This document shows positions 1 through 9,933 of a DNA stretch of 64,000 nucleotides, one piece after another. The stretch is from Bacteriovoracaceae bacterium (GTDB lineage Bacteria; Bdellovibrionota; Bacteriovoracia; Bacteriovoracales; Bacteriovoracaceae): contig JABIHA010000020.1 in the NCBI GenBank assembly GCA_018649885.1, positions 62,001-126,000 of the forward strand, given 5' to 3'. The notes under the pieces are model-generated. The model did no database searches. It saw nothing but the letters and a program-made list of their open reading frames with translations, and was not told the origin of the DNA. Position 1 is the first letter of the stretch. Each line of letters starts with the position of its first letter. Both the position numbers and the translations under genes were made by a program.

Positions 1-5
1 AAAAA

Positions 6-599
6 TTGCAGCACCAAGGAAAACTTGATAGTGCTACATTTGACTCGCGAATGGAAGTTATCAATACCACTTTTGAAAGAATCAGGTCAGTTGTCGATGG
101 GCTTAGGCATTTTTCTAGAGACGGTTCAAACGATAGTCTTGACCACATTTTAGTAGAAAATGCCATTAATGATGCAGTAAGTTTATGCAAAGAGAGATTT
201 AAAAATAAAGGCATAGATCTAAAAGTTTTAATCAAAGAAGATCAGTTATGCTTTTCAGGCAGAAAAGTTCAAATATCCCAAGTTCTAATAAATCTTTTAA
301 ATAATGCGTTTGCAGCAGTCCAAGGTACTGAAGAACCATGGGTTAAAATCTCTATTAAACATAGTGATGGGCTCATTTCGATCTACATTGATGATAGTGG
401 AAGGTCCATTAATTCACATATTAAAGAGAAGCTATTTCAACCATTTTTTTCTACAAAAGTTGTCGGTGAAGGCATGGGACTGGGACTAAGTACCAGCAAA
501 GGCATTATTGAGGATCATGGCGGGAGGATTTACTTTGATGACACTCAAGGTCATACAAGGTTTGTCATTGAGCTAAAGTCCAAAGAGCGTAGGCGATAA
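6..599 (+). CDS. Sensor histidine kinase, C-terminal HATPase domain (5'-truncated by window edge)
   Basis: N box QVLINLLNNA, G1 DDSG, F box LFQPFFSTK, G2 GMGLGL. Confidence 0.92.
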   Translation: MQHQGKLDSATFDSRMEVINTTFERIRSVVDGLRHFSRDGSNDSLDHILVENAINDAVSLCKERFKNKGIDLKVLIKEDQLCFSGRKVQISQVLINLLNNAFAAVQGTEEPWVKISIKHSDGLISIYIDDSGRSINSHIKEKLFQPFFSTKVVGEGMGLGLSTSKGIIEDHGGRIYFDDTQGHTRFVIELKSKERRR

Positions 600-663
600 A
601 TTTTGACTGAAATCAATCAATTTGATAATGCTTAGTCTCAACTAAATTATTCATGAGGTAGAG

Positions 664-1215
664 ATGCGCACCATACTATTACCAATTATGCTTTTGACCT
701 TTTCACTACAAGCAAATGCAGAAATTTCAGGTCTTGGCTCTTTTGAAGGAAAATACGAAAACCCAAAATCAAAACAAAAAATTGAACTTTTCGAAACACT
801 TGGAGAATTGGTTGGCACTACATCCATCGCTTACGTCGACTCCAAAGGCGTTCCCACTGGGAAAAAAATTGAATACTTTTTTTCTTTCAAGGAAGTCATT
901 TCAAAAAACCTGATTAGAGGCAAACTTCAAACATTTGATGATCACTACGATTGTTTCCTAGAAAATGGCGAAGCCTATATCCAAAAAATGCCAGGTAAAA
1001 AAATAAAAATTATCAGCAATAGAGTCATTTTCAACGTGAAAACCTATTATAAGACCAACCAAAGCAGAAGAACTCCTCGCTATTGCCGCTCTCCCTACTC
1101 AGGGTATCGTTACTTCTGTGGTTACCGCTGGCATAAAGAACCAAGAAAGAAAATTGGGCGAAAATGCATCATTAAGCAACGTATAAAAAATGTTGTCGTC
1201 CTAGATCGAAAATAG
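664..1215 (+). CDS. Secreted hypothetical protein
   Basis: Signal peptide (..LQANA), RBS GAGG, basic Cys-containing C-terminus. Confidence 0.7.
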   Translation: MRTILLPIMLLTFSLQANAEISGLGSFEGKYENPKSKQKIELFETLGELVGTTSIAYVDSKGVPTGKKIEYFFSFKEVISKNLIRGKLQTFDDHYDCFLENGEAYIQKMPGKKIKIISNRVIFNVKTYYKTNQSRRTPRYCRSPYSGYRYFCGYRWHKEPRKKIGRKCIIKQRIKNVVVLDRK

Positions 1216-1227
1216 CTGCAAATTTTC

Positions 1228-2097
1228 TTACAATGATTTAACTAAGCTATTGTAGGCCTGCTGGTTTTTCTCAAATTCTAAAATTGATTCTTTCAATAAT
1301 TCTTGCGTCACAATTTCAGATTTAATGGACAGCATGTTAATTCTTTCAATCAACTCCCCTTGCCTGTTTAACAGTGACGAAATATGAGTTTGGTCTTCAG
1401 GACCTAGCTTCATTTTTTTGTATTTTTCATTCAATTGTTCAAAATACCATTTTGAAGGAGCAATAATTGTTCCTAAATAATAGAGATCATCTTTATCATA
1501 AGGTTCCTCTATCAAAACTTGAATAAAGATACCTTTTGCCAGGGGAATTAAGTGTAAATGAGAATCAACCCCATTTTTATCAACACTCCAAAAAGAGTCA
1601 GTATCAAATCGCTCTAGTTCAAGTTCATCTTTATCATTACTTGCCTCATCTTGATCAAAGCACAGCATTTGATTTTCACAATAAAAAGTAATGTCCTCAA
1701 TTGTCTCATCAGCCTCAATGCTGTAGCCAGAGGTCACTGGCAAATGCTCTTCCTTATCATCAGTATATGAATATAGCGGTTTTAAAATCAAAGTATCGAC
1801 CTGTGGTTTAGTATTTTCACCCATATAAAAGAATGCGATTTTTCTATATTTGTTAAATAAATCATCATCTTCGCTTTCAATTTCTACAGGTTTTTCCGAG
1901 CTAATGTATCCGGTTACAATTTCCAAGGCCAACTGTCTTATTTCCACGCATTCTTTTCTCTTAGCACTTGAAATTTGATACTGAGTACAATTCCAGTAAG
2001 GATCGAGTATTGAATCATTAGTTTTAGAGTGAGAGGTAAAGGATGCAACAAATGATAGAGTAACTACTAATAGAAAGCAGGATGACCTTCTTAACAT
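1228..2097 (-). CDS. Secreted hypothetical protein
   Basis: Long ORF; ATG at 2097 follows AAGGAG and gives a signal peptide (MLRRSSCFLLVV..); coiled-coil-like tail. Confidence 0.7.
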   Translation of the reverse strand: MLRRSSCFLLVVTLSFVASFTSHSKTNDSILDPYWNCTQYQISSAKRKECVEIRQLALEIVTGYISSEKPVEIESEDDDLFNKYRKIAFFYMGENTKPQVDTLILKPLYSYTDDKEEHLPVTSGYSIEADETIEDITFYCENQMLCFDQDEASNDKDELELERFDTDSFWSVDKNGVDSHLHLIPLAKGIFIQVLIEEPYDKDDLYYLGTIIAPSKWYFEQLNEKYKKMKLGPEDQTHISSLLNRQGELIERINMLSIKSEIVTQELLKESILEFEKNQQAYNSLVKSL

Positions 2098-2516
2098 GAT
2101 GTGCTCCTTTGACAGATACCATAACAAACCTGCGCCCACCCTAACCTAAAATCTTTTTCCAAAGGTAATTTATTGAAAAGAATACCTTAACTAAATGCTA
2201 AAATTAACAATCACTTAACCTAGTTGAAAACTAGGTTCACACTAAGGCCCTTGAATAACGTTCTACTAATTATTACACTTGTTAGAATAGACTATCTTAT
2301 ATCTCTTATAGCAAATAGTGGGTTCTCCCAAATCGTAGCGGTCGTTAATAAGGCCAATACAGTCAAAGAGATAGGCCAAAGTGCAGTGTAATTTCAAACC
2401 CTTATACCTTATTGAACCAATTTTCCATACTAGTATATAAAGGGCCAATTAGGTGTTATGGTGATCAAAAATGGGACAAAATTCTTCCAAAATACTGCCA
2501 AAACATGGGTACTGAA

Positions 2517-3458
2517 ATGGGCAAAAGTTATAAATCAAAAAAGAAAAAAGGTGGGGCGAAAGACAGCGCGATAGCTGATGGAGAATATAAAGATCCCACT
2601 CTCAATTGGTATCCCGGCCATATGATTAAGGCATTAAATAAAATCAAAGAAAATATTAAATTAGTAGATGTAATAATTGAAATTCGTGATGCGCGCTCAC
2701 CTCTTGCCACTGGTAACCAATCATTTAGCCAACAATTTAGAGACAAAAAACGCTTGATCGTCATGAATAAAACAAATCTAGCAGACCCAAAAGTTGTGGC
2801 ACTTTGGGAAAAGTGGTTTTCAAAGAAAGATGAGCCATTTGTTTTTATCAATGGATTAGATTCTAATTCTCTAGGTAAAGTTATTCAACTTACAAAAGAG
2901 ATTGTTAAAGAATCGAGGTCTGAATCAACCAAAAGCTCAAAACTTAAACTAATGATAGTAGGATTGCCAAATACTGGTAAATCTACAATTATTAACCGTC
3001 TTTCAAATCGTGATGCCTCGAAAGTTGCAGACAAGCCAGGCCAAACCACAAGACAGTTGTGGGTAAAAGTTAATAGTGAGTTAGAGATCCTAGACACACC
3101 GGGAATTATGCCTCCTTTTATGGAAAGCAAAGAGCAAGTTCATTGGCTCTCAGCACTTCACGCAATCCCAGAAAGGATTACAGATTCGGAGGATACGGCC
3201 TGTTATATTATCAGACATATTTTAGAAAACCATCCGAAGAACTTGAGAGATTTTTATAAGATCGATGATTCGGCTGATGACTTGGTAGGCACCCTAAATC
3301 TAATTGCCAAAATCAGAGGATGCATAAGAAAGAAAAATGAATACGACTATGAACGTGTTTATAAAATTGTCATTGCTGATTTTAGAAAAGGAAACTTAGG
3401 TCTAATTAATTTTGGGCTTCCCCCAACTGAGGAAGAAGAAAATCAAGATGAACTCTGA
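2517..3458 (+). CDS. rbgA: Ribosome biogenesis GTPase RbgA/YlqF
   Basis: WYPGHM, DAR.P, NKTNL, GLPNTGKS, PGQT, DTPG in circularly permuted order; start chosen at 2517 (2505 possible). Confidence 0.93.
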   Translation: MGKSYKSKKKKGGAKDSAIADGEYKDPTLNWYPGHMIKALNKIKENIKLVDVIIEIRDARSPLATGNQSFSQQFRDKKRLIVMNKTNLADPKVVALWEKWFSKKDEPFVFINGLDSNSLGKVIQLTKEIVKESRSESTKSSKLKLMIVGLPNTGKSTIINRLSNRDASKVADKPGQTTRQLWVKVNSELEILDTPGIMPPFMESKEQVHWLSALHAIPERITDSEDTACYIIRHILENHPKNLRDFYKIDDSADDLVGTLNLIAKIRGCIRKKNEYDYERVYKIVIADFRKGNLGLINFGLPPTEEEENQDEL

Positions 3459-3699
3459 TCTAAATGATTGCTATGAAGATTTAATGAACTCTGAGCATCT
3501 GAATGCCTTCAGCGTAATAGAGCTATTTTGTGAACAGTGTGCAGACCTAACGCCCCATCATATTGATGAATCGAAATCAGGCAAGGAGAAATACTCTACA
3601 CCAGTTGATAGAGTTTTAATTTCTCCCATATCCGTCCACGAGTGTGTCATCTGTCGTGAAAATGAAGAAACATTGCTTACAGGATTAAAGTCCCAATGA
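3448..3699 (+). CDS. Small putative Zn-ribbon protein
   Basis: CEQC...H and CVIC pairs; overlaps the rbgA stop; ATGA-coupled to the next gene. Confidence 0.65.
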   Translation: MNSDLNDCYEDLMNSEHLNAFSVIELFCEQCADLTPHHIDESKSGKEKYSTPVDRVLISPISVHECVICRENEETLLTGLKSQ

Positions 3700-4364
3700 A
3701 TATATACTATGTAGGTGGAACGGTTCGTGACCAACTACTAAATTTAAAACCTAAAGATGTTGATTTGGCCTGTGAGGTTGATAGTTTTGAGGAAATGAAA
3801 AAATATGTCCTTAAAAATTCATCAAAAATATTCCTTGAGAAACCTGAATTTGGAACTATTCGCTACTTAAACTTAAAAGGTGAGCCCCAAGATATTTCAC
3901 TATGTATTAAATCGAGATCCGTTGACAGTGGAAGCTATCAAATAGGGAGTATTGCTGAAGACCTAGCAAACCGCGACTTTACCATAAATGCAATAGCCAG
4001 AAATATTGAAACTTCGGTTTTGCACGATCCTCTTGGCGGTCAAAATGATTTAAAAACTAAAACCATTAAGTGCTGCAACTCTCCAGCAAAGACTTTTGGT
4101 GATGATCCTGTCAGAATCATAAGAGCACTAAGATTTAAACTTCAATTTGGTTTTTCATTTGATCACTCCATTGCCCAGTATTTCACCAATTCATCTAGCT
4201 TTGATGATCTTAAACTGCCCCATAGTGAACGAGTCAGGGCCGAACTTGATAAGTGCTTTAAAATTTCTCCCATTGGAGTTTTCTTAGAGGTAGAAAAAAT
4301 CAATCATGCATTTTTGAGAGTCTTGTTTTCAAATCATGGCCTTAAAGTAGGAATCTCTTTATAA
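3696..4364 (+). CDS. Short class II tRNA nucleotidyltransferase/poly(A) polymerase family protein
   Basis: VGGTVRD..DVD, NRDFTINAIA, DDPVRIIRALRF, ERVRAEL; only 222 aa. Confidence 0.88.
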   Translation: MNIYYVGGTVRDQLLNLKPKDVDLACEVDSFEEMKKYVLKNSSKIFLEKPEFGTIRYLNLKGEPQDISLCIKSRSVDSGSYQIGSIAEDLANRDFTINAIARNIETSVLHDPLGGQNDLKTKTIKCCNSPAKTFGDDPVRIIRALRFKLQFGFSFDHSIAQYFTNSSSFDDLKLPHSERVRAELDKCFKISPIGVFLEVEKINHAFLRVLFSNHGLKVGISL

Positions 4365-4435
4365 AAGCTCAATAATAGATATTTAAAACAATATAATTCC
4401 GCCTACTTAGATCCCAAATTTAGTTGACCTAAACA

Positions 4436-4462
4436 TCAAGCTCGACCAAAAAACTCCGATAA
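4436..4462 (+). promoter_or_regulatory. Putative sigma28 (FliA) promoter
   Basis: TCAAG-N14-TCCGATAA, about 40 bp upstream of the 4501 gene. Confidence 0.6.
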
Positions 4463-4500
4463 GTATCTTGAGGAAACTTAAAAAATTGGTTGAGTAGTAA

Positions 4501-7500
4501 TTGATGAAAATTTTTCTGATAGTGTTTAGCATTCTCACATGGAGTAACCTTCTATATTCAGAAGACCTAGAAACTGATTGTCTTGGTGAATTAGATCGCT
4601 ATTTTGCCAACCCAGTAAATGCTGAAAAGGCCAAAAAGTTTTTAAGTCTTAAAGGCCAACTAACCATCCACCGTATTGGCTATGCCATGTTCCACGATTC
4701 AACCTCTGATGAGGCCCTAAAGGTTGAATTAAAAATCATGAAGTACTTAGGACAAATGGATGCCCTTGCTGCCATTGATCCCGAATTTAAGGCCGCTAAA
4801 GAATCATTTGAAAAAAACCCATTATCAAGGGCCGCTTTGGCCAAGGTCATGCCTTATATTAAAAATGTGCTCAATACAGATGTCACCGATCCAGTCGCGA
4901 GGAGTGTCTTTCTACTCGATGAAGGAGATATGAAGATTTTAGATATCTTGGGTGAAGTTGAATACATCGGAACGGATGGAAAATACCGTGGCACAACTCT
5001 GTCTAGTGATCTTAGCTTAAATCGAAGTGTCATGAACTTTGTGAGACAACTTGACTATGCTCTAAAGGGAGTTAAATTTACTGACGGGGGAAGAAGAGAG
5101 GCCTTCGTTGAGAAAATGGAAGAGAATTCTAAAAAAGTTCGCGACTTTATGAGGGCCCTACCCATATCTGAAGCTTGCATGGTAGTTCTAGATCTTGCCT
5201 GTCCAGCTGATCCCGGTGGAAATCAAAAATTTCTATCAGGTAATTTTGTAGATTTTGCCAAAAAATATTTAAAGGGAAGAGAAAATACATACCTTAGATG
5301 GGGAAGCTTTTGGACCCATATTGGGCACGCAGGTGCTTCAAGAAAAACCACCACCAGGCGAGCGCCAGCTCCTAGAAGACCCAAACCTGTGGATTTAACA
5401 GTTTATGAAAGAGAGCTCTACGATCAGATGGCCGATCGAGTACTCGCCAAATATGATTATTTTTTTGAAAAAGCAGACTTGCTTGCCGACCCAGAACTTT
5501 TAATGGCGATTATCCAATCCATGGATCAAGGTTCTAGTTATTTTGCCTACAAGGGTAGAAGATATTTTATACCAAGTATCAATGGAACAGATTCAGCAGA
5601 TACTGCGCTCGACTTGACTGCTGAAGCCTATGCTGAGTTTGCAATGACAATACTAGGAATTGGTGAAGACAGTTACGCTAGTCGAGCCGGTTCATACGTC
5701 GTAGATGCTGTTGTACCTGAATCATTGCAATCAGTAGCATCTGCTGGGTTTGGATGGCTATATGACAAAGGCGCCGGTGTATTGTCCACTGTCATTAGCG
5801 ACGATGATATCCGCGATGAAGCCTTATTCCTTCCCGAAGTTAAGGCCAAACTGGCCTTAATTGAGAGTAGTGCTCCTTCATGTGCCTTAGGTGACGATGG
5901 AGAACTTGATCCAGAGTTTCATAAAATGCTTGCCTACGCAATAATTGGCGCTGATAGAATGAATGCAAAAGAATTGCAAAAAGCTGAACGGTATCCTGGA
6001 TACACCCCCAAACATAGCTCAACATTTGTTTTTAACAATAAGCAATGTGATGCCCGTACGGGTAAACATATTTCACCGGACCCAGCGGGCTTTTTAACCT
6101 ATAAAAGAAGAATCCAAGAAGCCGATCCAACTATGGATGTCTCTAGCTATGGTGAAAAAAGATGGCTTGCCATACACGCAGCAATTGAAAGAGGAGATAA
6201 GGCCTATATATTTGAAGGAAAATTGTATCGCCTAAGTGGTGTTGAAGTATATTACCCCAGATCTAGTGAGATAGTAGGACTAGACGCACAGAAGGTCTTA
6301 GCGAGAATTAATGGAGACGACTATTTTCTTTTGGATGGAGTAGCATATACAGCACATGGTACCCCAGTTGCTCCTCTAGAAAAAAAGGCGATTTTAGATC
6401 AGTATCTACAAGCTTATTCAGATATTTCATTCTCGTCAGGTACATCACCTGAAAAATTGTCCCCTTGGATAGTGGCCATTGATCGAGGGGAAAATACTTT
6501 TGAATATGGTGGTACTACATTTTCCACAAAGACCGGCCAAGTGAGAGGTGGTGGTACTGAAAGAGTTGGAGGGCAAGTCTCTGCCGAAGACTATTCAGCT
6601 ATTGCCGGAGCCCTACATCAAACAATCGATAGTTTAAATGCCAGTGATGATGAAAGACTTATTGTTGGTTACCATAAAGAGTTGGAACCATCCACATGTG
6701 GGCACTACACAGTTGTTGATAAGAAAAAAGCGCGACTGACAGTTTACAAAGATAATGGCGTGATAATTTATGGCCCCATTGAGGTTCTTGTTGGAAGAAA
6801 TAGAACTGATGCCAGAATACTCTGGACAGATTATGAGGACCATTCCACAAACGGCAGCACCAATGCTGGCATATTTTCGGTTAGCGCCGCTAAAACTACT
6901 GCTGACAGTCCTTACTATGCTTACTACGACAGTAATTTAATTGACTTAATTCCCGAAGACGGCTCAATGAAAGAAGAGGGGTCAAATGCATTTGCCATGC
7001 ATCAAATCCCCAGATCACTTTCTCATCGATATAATGCCCTTGGAAATTCTAGCTTGAGTGATAATCGTGTCAGCGGCGGCTGTGTCAATTTAAGAAAGAG
7101 TGACCTGGATGCCTACAAAGCCGCTTTTCCTCAGCTGGGTTGTGAGTACTACGTGCTTCCAGAAGAAGATGGAAATAGATTTCAAATTATTGATGGTGAC
7201 TTGAAGTTCACACCAAAGAGCAGATCTATTGCTTGCGCATCTAGTGCTACATCTAGCACTAACGGATGTGACGATGAATATAGATACTCTCCCTCGGGAG
7301 CTGCAGCTTCGGTGGGCCCTGATGAAGTGATGGCCATTGATATAAGAATCGATACAGATTACGAAACAGGAATCTTTGAGGGTATCGACACAAGACCATA
7401 TATTTTATCAGTTCTTGCACAAGACCCCGATGTACCACTAATCGATCCGCTAGGACCACTTACTCTATTTGTAAATTCCATTGAACGTGAAAAATCCGGT

Positions 7501-8091
7501 ATTATGGCCACAACAGAGCTCACAAATGAGGAATACAATGAGCTAGCAAAAATCGCCGTTGGTATTATGGGAGTAGAGTCTGAATTTTGTATGCACTATA
7601 AATACTTGGCGAAAGAATCAAGATTCGGACAAACTGCAGTGACGGCGGCAAAGGCCGTAAAAGAGGAAGGCATTCAAGATGTAACCGAAGAAACTGCCGT
7701 CAAAGTTATAGTAGGTGCTGAAATAGATGGTATCTCAACTAATAGTAGAGGTTGTACTCAAATTAAAAATATCGAATTATACGTACCTGGTCTAAATGGA
7801 GATAACCTTAAAGACCCAGCAGTTGCTGGTGGAGCGACAATGTATGTACTCGCCTCAATGTACAAAGACCTAAAACGAAAATCTGAGGCGGGAGAAATAG
7901 ATGCAGAAATAATTTTTCCGGGAGTTGGTAGTGAACCAACAAATATTTCTGACTATCTATACTATATGTACAATGGAGGTGTAGGCCAGCTCGAAAGTGG
8001 TGTGGCAACTCCAGAATTTAGCCAAAAAGTAATCAAAATGAAAGGCTATATGGAGCATGTTCAAGTTTATACAGATATGCCAGAAGAATAG
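4501..8091 (+). CDS. Large secreted protein with L,D-transpeptidase (YkuD) domain and C-terminal lysozyme/SLT-like domain
   Basis: Signal peptide; VVDKKKARLTVY..VLVG..TNAGIF..AMH..SGGCVNL (YkuD); GVES..SRGCTQ..YMYNGG (SLT-like motifs). Confidence 0.8.
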   Translation: MMKIFLIVFSILTWSNLLYSEDLETDCLGELDRYFANPVNAEKAKKFLSLKGQLTIHRIGYAMFHDSTSDEALKVELKIMKYLGQMDALAAIDPEFKAAKESFEKNPLSRAALAKVMPYIKNVLNTDVTDPVARSVFLLDEGDMKILDILGEVEYIGTDGKYRGTTLSSDLSLNRSVMNFVRQLDYALKGVKFTDGGRREAFVEKMEENSKKVRDFMRALPISEACMVVLDLACPADPGGNQKFLSGNFVDFAKKYLKGRENTYLRWGSFWTHIGHAGASRKTTTRRAPAPRRPKPVDLTVYERELYDQMADRVLAKYDYFFEKADLLADPELLMAIIQSMDQGSSYFAYKGRRYFIPSINGTDSADTALDLTAEAYAEFAMTILGIGEDSYASRAGSYVVDAVVPESLQSVASAGFGWLYDKGAGVLSTVISDDDIRDEALFLPEVKAKLALIESSAPSCALGDDGELDPEFHKMLAYAIIGADRMNAKELQKAERYPGYTPKHSSTFVFNNKQCDARTGKHISPDPAGFLTYKRRIQEADPTMDVSSYGEKRWLAIHAAIERGDKAYIFEGKLYRLSGVEVYYPRSSEIVGLDAQKVLARINGDDYFLLDGVAYTAHGTPVAPLEKKAILDQYLQAYSDISFSSGTSPEKLSPWIVAIDRGENTFEYGGTTFSTKTGQVRGGGTERVGGQVSAEDYSAIAGALHQTIDSLNASDDERLIVGYHKELEPSTCGHYTVVDKKKARLTVYKDNGVIIYGPIEVLVGRNRTDARILWTDYEDHSTNGSTNAGIFSVSAAKTTADSPYYAYYDSNLIDLIPEDGSMKEEGSNAFAMHQIPRSLSHRYNALGNSSLSDNRVSGGCVNLRKSDLDAYKAAFPQLGCEYYVLPEEDGNRFQIIDGDLKFTPKSRSIACASSATSSTNGCDDEYRYSPSGAAASVGPDEVMAIDIRIDTDYETGIFEGIDTRPYILSVLAQDPDVPLIDPLGPLTLFVNSIEREKSGIMATTELTNEEYNELAKIAVGIMGVESEFCMHYKYLAKESRFGQTAVTAAKAVKEEGIQDVTEETAVKVIVGAEIDGISTNSRGCTQIKNIELYVPGLNGDNLKDPAVAGGATMYVLASMYKDLKRKSEAGEIDAEIIFPGVGSEPTNISDYLYYMYNGGVGQLESGVATPEFSQKVIKMKGYMEHVQVYTDMPEE

Positions 8092-8128
8092 ACATAACCC
8101 CTGTGTTCAATTTATTGGAGCAACAAGG

Positions 8129-8150
8129 AGCCGACCCCGAAGGGCCGGCT
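8129..8150 (-). terminator. Hairpin between convergent genes
   Basis: On minus strand AGCCGGCCC-TTCG-GGGTCGGCT (UUCG loop, one G-U pair). Confidence 0.65.
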
Positions 8151-8156
8151 GTTAAA

Positions 8157-8579
8157 TTATTTTAGAATAATAAGTTCAACATCGCTTTCATCTAAGAAGC
8201 CTGCACCAACGTGAAGCTTAACGATTTTTGAGCTCATTTTTGTACAAATAGAAACCATGGACATTTTGTTGTGAACATTAATTCCAGAAACAATTAATTC
8301 ATATTTTTTGCTACGTGAATTGTACCTAGAGGCAGAAGAGATGGCGACAACGCGGTCAAAGCATCCACCGCTAACAAATTCTACAGTGGCCACTGTTCTA
8401 GGAAGGCACATTGCGTGTGGAGGACAGTCACCAAAGTCTGTATCAACAGAAATAATATTTCCTCTTGTTACTTTAGATAGTGCCACATCACCTTTGTTTA
8501 ATTCTACGAAATTAGACTCTGATGCGAATAGGTTTGCTGTTAATAGTGAGAAAACAAGTACTGTAATTAAATTTTTCAT
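8157..8579 (-). CDS. Secreted hypothetical protein
   Basis: Signal peptide, RBS AAGGAG, CPPHAMC and GCFD Cys motifs. Confidence 0.75.
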   Translation of the reverse strand: MKNLITVLVFSLLTANLFASESNFVELNKGDVALSKVTRGNIISVDTDFGDCPPHAMCLPRTVATVEFVSGGCFDRVVAISSASRYNSRSKKYELIVSGINVHNKMSMVSICTKMSSKIVKLHVGAGFLDESDVELIILK

Positions 8580-9131
8580 CTTTGACTCCTTACTTCCAAA
8601 AGATTTATCTGAGGCGAAAATATGTGAAGTGTAGGAAAAAATGAAATTATTAAAGATGAGAACAGCCCATTAGTATGGCTAATCAACTCTGAAGACTCAT
8701 GAAGATTTCCTTTTTTATCTTAATAAGTAGCTAAAATTATAGGTCCTAAATAGAAGCTTTCGAGGATAATCTATCGCCGCATTGCGTCAACACATCTTTA
8801 TAATACGTTTTCGTCATCTGGAACTTCTTTTTGATAATGTAAAAGTAACATGGATTTAACATAGAACCATTAACTTAACTCTCCACGATTCATCTCTTAT
8901 CTCACTTGGAATTATTTTCCGGTGATGGCCGGTATCAAGTTGACACACTTTATAACAAACTAAAAAAGTTCATTTGCTCTAAAACAAATTGCACCCGCCA
9001 TCTAGAAAGTCAGTGCCAAAATGCCCCTGGCACACTTTAAATCCTTTCATTTTAAGTAAGTATTTTTCGTTTGAAAAAAACCTATTGGAGCTTTTAAATA
9101 GAACTAAGCAAATAAAAAATCGGGAGAGAGA

Positions 9132-9590
9132 ATGAAGAAGTTAATGACAGTATTATTTTTTGTAGGATTGTTTTCAGTTGCTTCTGAGGCAAGTGCTAAC
9201 AGGTGCCAATCTCAGTTAAAGAACGGAAGAGGAAGAGTTATCCGGACATTTTCAGAAAGAGGACGAGACCGCCGAAGTGCATGTCAAAGAGCAAGTCAGG
9301 CATGTACTAGAGAGCTTAGATGGATGAGAAGAAGTGGAAGACATCCATATGCATATTGTACAACTAATGGAAGACCAGGCCCTGGAAGAGGTAATACAAC
9401 AGTTCGAAGATCATGCGTGGCAGATCTTGTTTCCTGGAGGGGAAGATTTGTTAGATCCTTCAACGCTAGTGAGAGGGGCAGAAGAGGCTCAGGCGTTAAA
9501 GCTAGGGCCTGTGCAAAAGCAAGACTTAAGTGCGAGAGAAAAAAGTTTGAGCTTAGAAGACCTGCAGCTCAGTGCTTAATTAGATACTAA
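9132..9590 (+). CDS. Secreted Arg-rich protein with two Cys-containing repeats
   Basis: Signal peptide; two copies of C..L...RGR..R.F....RG....AC..A...C. Confidence 0.75.
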   Translation: MKKLMTVLFFVGLFSVASEASANRCQSQLKNGRGRVIRTFSERGRDRRSACQRASQACTRELRWMRRSGRHPYAYCTTNGRPGPGRGNTTVRRSCVADLVSWRGRFVRSFNASERGRRGSGVKARACAKARLKCERKKFELRRPAAQCLIRY

Positions 9591-9608
9591 ATTATTTATA
9601 TCCTTTCT

Positions 9609-9645
9609 CAGGAGCGACTAGATTCTAAAATGATAGTCGCTCCTG
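9609..9645 (+). terminator. Probable intrinsic terminator hairpin
   Basis: CAGGAGCGACTA..TAGTCGCTCCTG 12-bp stem after stop. Confidence 0.65.
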
Positions 9646-9933
9646 TCTAAGTCTTTTCATGATTAGCTTCACCAATTGTAATTTTTTTCCAATCCAAAAC
9701 CTTGAATCATTTCATATTTTTTTCAAAAAAACTTCGGAGAAATTTTGGAAACTAAAACAAACACATATTTCAAGTATTTGTGCAGTCAAATTAGAGGAGA
9801 ATGCCACTAGCAATGAAACACATCAGTGAAGTAGAAATATTTATTTCAATGCACTTTGTCAGAGTATTTTCATTGGTTTTATATCAAGCCTAATCATAAG
9901 CTTAAAATATTTTTAAGCTCTTAAGCAAAAGGA

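Noticed and set aside
2528..3130. Short antisense or alternate-frame ORFs (here and throughout uvrA, fadJ, the amidase and the MCP)
   Set aside because: Shadow ORFs fully overlapping well-supported genes, without motifs.
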